A stretch of 64,000 bases of DNA from positions 5,208,001 to 5,272,000 of the forward strand of contig JBHGNT010000017.1 in assembly GCA_043228905.1 (NCBI GenBank), in the 5' to 3' direction. This document shows, piece by piece, positions 61,007 to 64,000 of the stretch. Under the pieces are notes generated by a model, which saw only the letters and a program-made list of their open reading frames with translations, was not told the origin of the DNA and did no database searches. The DNA comes from Azolla caroliniana (taxonomy: Eukaryota > Plantae > Polypodiophyta). The stretch's first letter is position 1, and each line of letters begins with the position of its first letter. A program made the position numbers and the translations under genes.

Positions 61007-64000
61007 CCTTAGCACTTCCAGATTCCGGGGCAACAATGTGTTTTATGGACGAAAGGTTCGTTCATAAACACAAATTCCCGGTTGTCCGATTGTCCAATCC
61101 CAGTGGAAGCTCTCGATAGATGCATGCTTTCTTCAGGAGTAGTCACCGAAGCCATTGTCCCACTTATCTTATAGTTCGGGGACCACCAAGAGGCCTTGAC
61201 GTTTTATGTTATCACTTCATCGCGACATCCAGTCATCCTCGGTTTGTCTTGCCCGAAGGCACAGAATCCACTTGTTGATTTGCACAATCACTCGATTACT
61301 TTCTCCCAAACTAGCTCAAAGGTGCAAGAAATATCTCATGTTGTTGCAGGCGCTCACCCTCCCATTAATGCAGCAATCCGCTCCAAGGTGGATGCACACA
61401 TCCCAGTCACAACAAGGAAAATAGTGCATAGTGCCTCGTCGAGCAATCCAATGAGGACAGTTATTGACTCACTACCGTCCAAGTATGAAGACTTCAAGGA
61501 TGTATTTGAGAAAAAGAATGTTGATCACTTGCCTGAGCATCGACGCTACGACTGTCCAATCGATCTGTAGGAAAGTGCCAGTCCTCTCTTTGGCCCAATT
61601 TATGGGTTGTCGGAATCAGAACTCCAAGCACTCTGAATGTATCTCAACGAGAACCTTGAAAAGGGTTTTATTCAAACCTCAAAATCACCAGCAGGAGCTC
61701 CTTTTTTGTTCGTGAAAAAGAAAGATGGATCCTTACGCCTCTACATCGACTATCGGGGTCTAAACAAGATTACTGTTCGCAATCGTTAAACACTGCCTCT
61801 CATTCCAGAGCTGTTGGATCAACTCCGGACTGGGAAGATCTTCTCCAAGATTGACCTACGAAGAGCATACAATTTGGTATGGATCAAACCTGGAGATGAA
61901 TGGAAAACTGCCTTTAGAACGCGCTACAGACATTTCGAGTATAAGGTAATGCCTTTCAGCCTCACTAATGCTCCTACAATAATTCAGCATGTGATGAATG
62001 CCATATTCCGAGAGTATCTAGATCACTTTGTTGTGATCTATCTAGATGATATCTTGCTCTACTTTTCGAACATCAAGGAGCATACTCGACATGTCAGGTT
62101 AGTCCTCGCCAAACTTCACGAGCACGGACTCTATGCTAAAAGTGAAAAATGTGAATTTGATTGTACTTCTGTAGAGTTTCTTGGGTATGTCATTTCGACA
62201 TAGGGAATCACAATGGACACACGGAAAGTCAAGACTATCAAAGAGTGGGTTGTCCCAACTCGGGTACGAGATGTGCAATCATTCCTTGGTTTTGCCAATT
62301 TTTATTGTCGCTTCATCAAAGGATTCTCAGTGATCGCACAACCTCTCATTGCTCTTACCTGCAAGGATGCTACTTTCGAATGGACAACAACTACCCAAAA
62401 GGCGTAGGACATGCTAAAACAAGCATTTATTATGGCACCAGTCCTTTTACATCCTGACCCAACTAAGCCTTACCAAGTCGAAACGGATTCTTCCGATTTC
62501 ACCATTGGGCGATCCTCTCCCAGCCAGATGAGGTCGGTGTGCTTCACTCGGAGGCTTACTACTCCCGCAAATTCACGACCCTAGAAATCAACTACCCCAT
62601 ATACGACAAGGAGCTTCTCGCTGTTATTGTTGCTTTTGAAGAATAAAGACCCTATTTAGCCAGGGCGCAACACCGTATCCAAGTGATTACCGATCACAAA
62701 AATATAATATACTTTTCTACCACACGAACCTTAAATCGTAGACAGGCGCGATGGTCGACCTTCTTGGCAGACTATGATTTTGAGATAATCTTTCGACCTG
62801 GCGCTCAACACATGACGACCAATGTCTTATCCCATCGGTCTGAGTTCGATCTCACTCCGGATGATGAAGCCTATGCTTACAAGTCCTAGAGTTTGTTAAA
62901 GCCTAACCAATTCTACAACTTCGCGACTTGCTTGCTCCGGGACTCTTTGCTCAAGCAAATAACAGAAGCCACTACGGCTGACAAGTTTGCCACAGAGGTC
63001 AAGACAAGTATCACAAACCCCTCCCATGAAACCAAAAGACCTTATTTAGGTCATTTTACAATTCAGGATAATCTATTGTATGTCCCATTGTCGGAGAAGG
63101 GTGCTTCACGAGTGTCACGATGATCCACTTGTTGGTCTTTTTGGCATTGTGAAAACCTTGGAGTTGATATCTCGGAGATACTGGTGGCCACAACCATGGA
63201 AATTGGTCAAAGAATTCGTTAAGTCATGTGACGTTTGTGCTCGCTCTAAAGCATCTCATCATCGACCATATGGTCTCCTTCGCCCTCTCCCAATCCCCAA
63301 ACAGGCTTGGGCCTCTCTTTCCATGGATTTCATCACTGACCTTCCCTTTGTTAGTGGTTATGACTCGGTATTCTTCATGGTCGATCGCTTCACCAAGATG
63401 GCTCATTTTGCTCCATGTGCCAAAACCATTACTAGAGAGGAGACAGCCGATTTGTTTTCCAAAACTATGGTTCGACTACATGGACTCCCGAATGATATCA
63501 CTTCTTATCAAGGACCACAATTTGTTTCCAATTTCTGGCGGTGCCTTCTGCAAACCTTCAGTTGTATTGTGAATCCATCTTACGCTTATCATCTGCAAAC
63601 AAATAGACAAACGGAGCAAGTTAACCAAACCTTGGAACAATACTTGTAGTGCTCTCTTAGTTACCAACAAGACAACTGGGTTGACCTTCTCCCACTTGTC
63701 GAGTTTGCCTACAACAACTCTCTGCATGCATCTACGGGAGCTATTCCATTTTTTGCCAACTACGGTCTCCACCCCCGCTTCAACATTTCACTCCCCTCTA
63801 ACTCTCTCAATCCTTCTGCGGAGGACCAGGCCTCTTGGAAGATGTACATCAAGATCTTTCCTTGGAGCTCACCTTCGCTAGCGAATGCTACAAGGAGCAA
63901 GCTGACTGTCATCACTTAGATGCTCCCTAGTTTGAGGTAGGAGAATTTGTTTGGCTTCTCCGTCGCACTATTGCCACCACTCATCCTTGTCCGAAGCTTG
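61007..64000 (+). pseudogene. Element I: old Tcn1-like chromovirus pol (PR-RT-RH-IN), runs off the right edge
   Basis: [33 protein letters not shown] motifs with many stops and frameshifts. Confidence 0.9.

Noticed and set aside
456-64000. Numerous short overlapping ORFs in the six-frame track
   Set aside because: Alternative-frame or antisense by-products of GC-rich retroelement coding sequence with no independent motifs.

Overview
The window is a nested transposon island. No intact cellular gene, rRNA, canonical tRNA gene or CRISPR array is evident. The element mix (Tcn1-like chromoviruses, Tork/Tnt1-like copia) suggests a non-seed land plant such as a moss; this is inference. Contents: (i) three Tcn1-like Ty3/gypsy chromoviruses (A 1-4263 -, B 49245-58568 -, I 61007-64000 +). 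(ii) Many copies of one Tork/Tnt1-like Ty1/copia family: an apparently intact copy with identical LTRs (C 51105-56480), a full-length copy with one stop (D 32273-37595), decayed copies and solo LTRs. (iii) An atypical gypsy family (F 11059-16000 +, G 24658-45635 -, two solo LTRs) with protease in ORF1 and CG-centred 4-bp target duplications. (iv) An Athila/Phygy-like gypsy (E 28763-43602) with an intact extra 790-codon ORF. (v) A decayed intron-containing Sola2-like transposase facing an unknown spliced repeat-protein pseudogene. (vi) A hAT-type MITE. TSDs and interrupted reading frames give the nesting G<-E<-D and I<-H<-B<-C. Most notable signals: a tRNA-gene-like Pol III module (upstream TATA-like/CAA, A box, B box, hairpin) built antisense into the terminus of every Tcn1-like LTR; a co-varying self-priming PBS in the same elements; CpG-centred integration by the F/G family; pseudoknot -1 frameshift signals; and a hairpin in place of a PPT in element E. 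All alignments and counts were done by eye.
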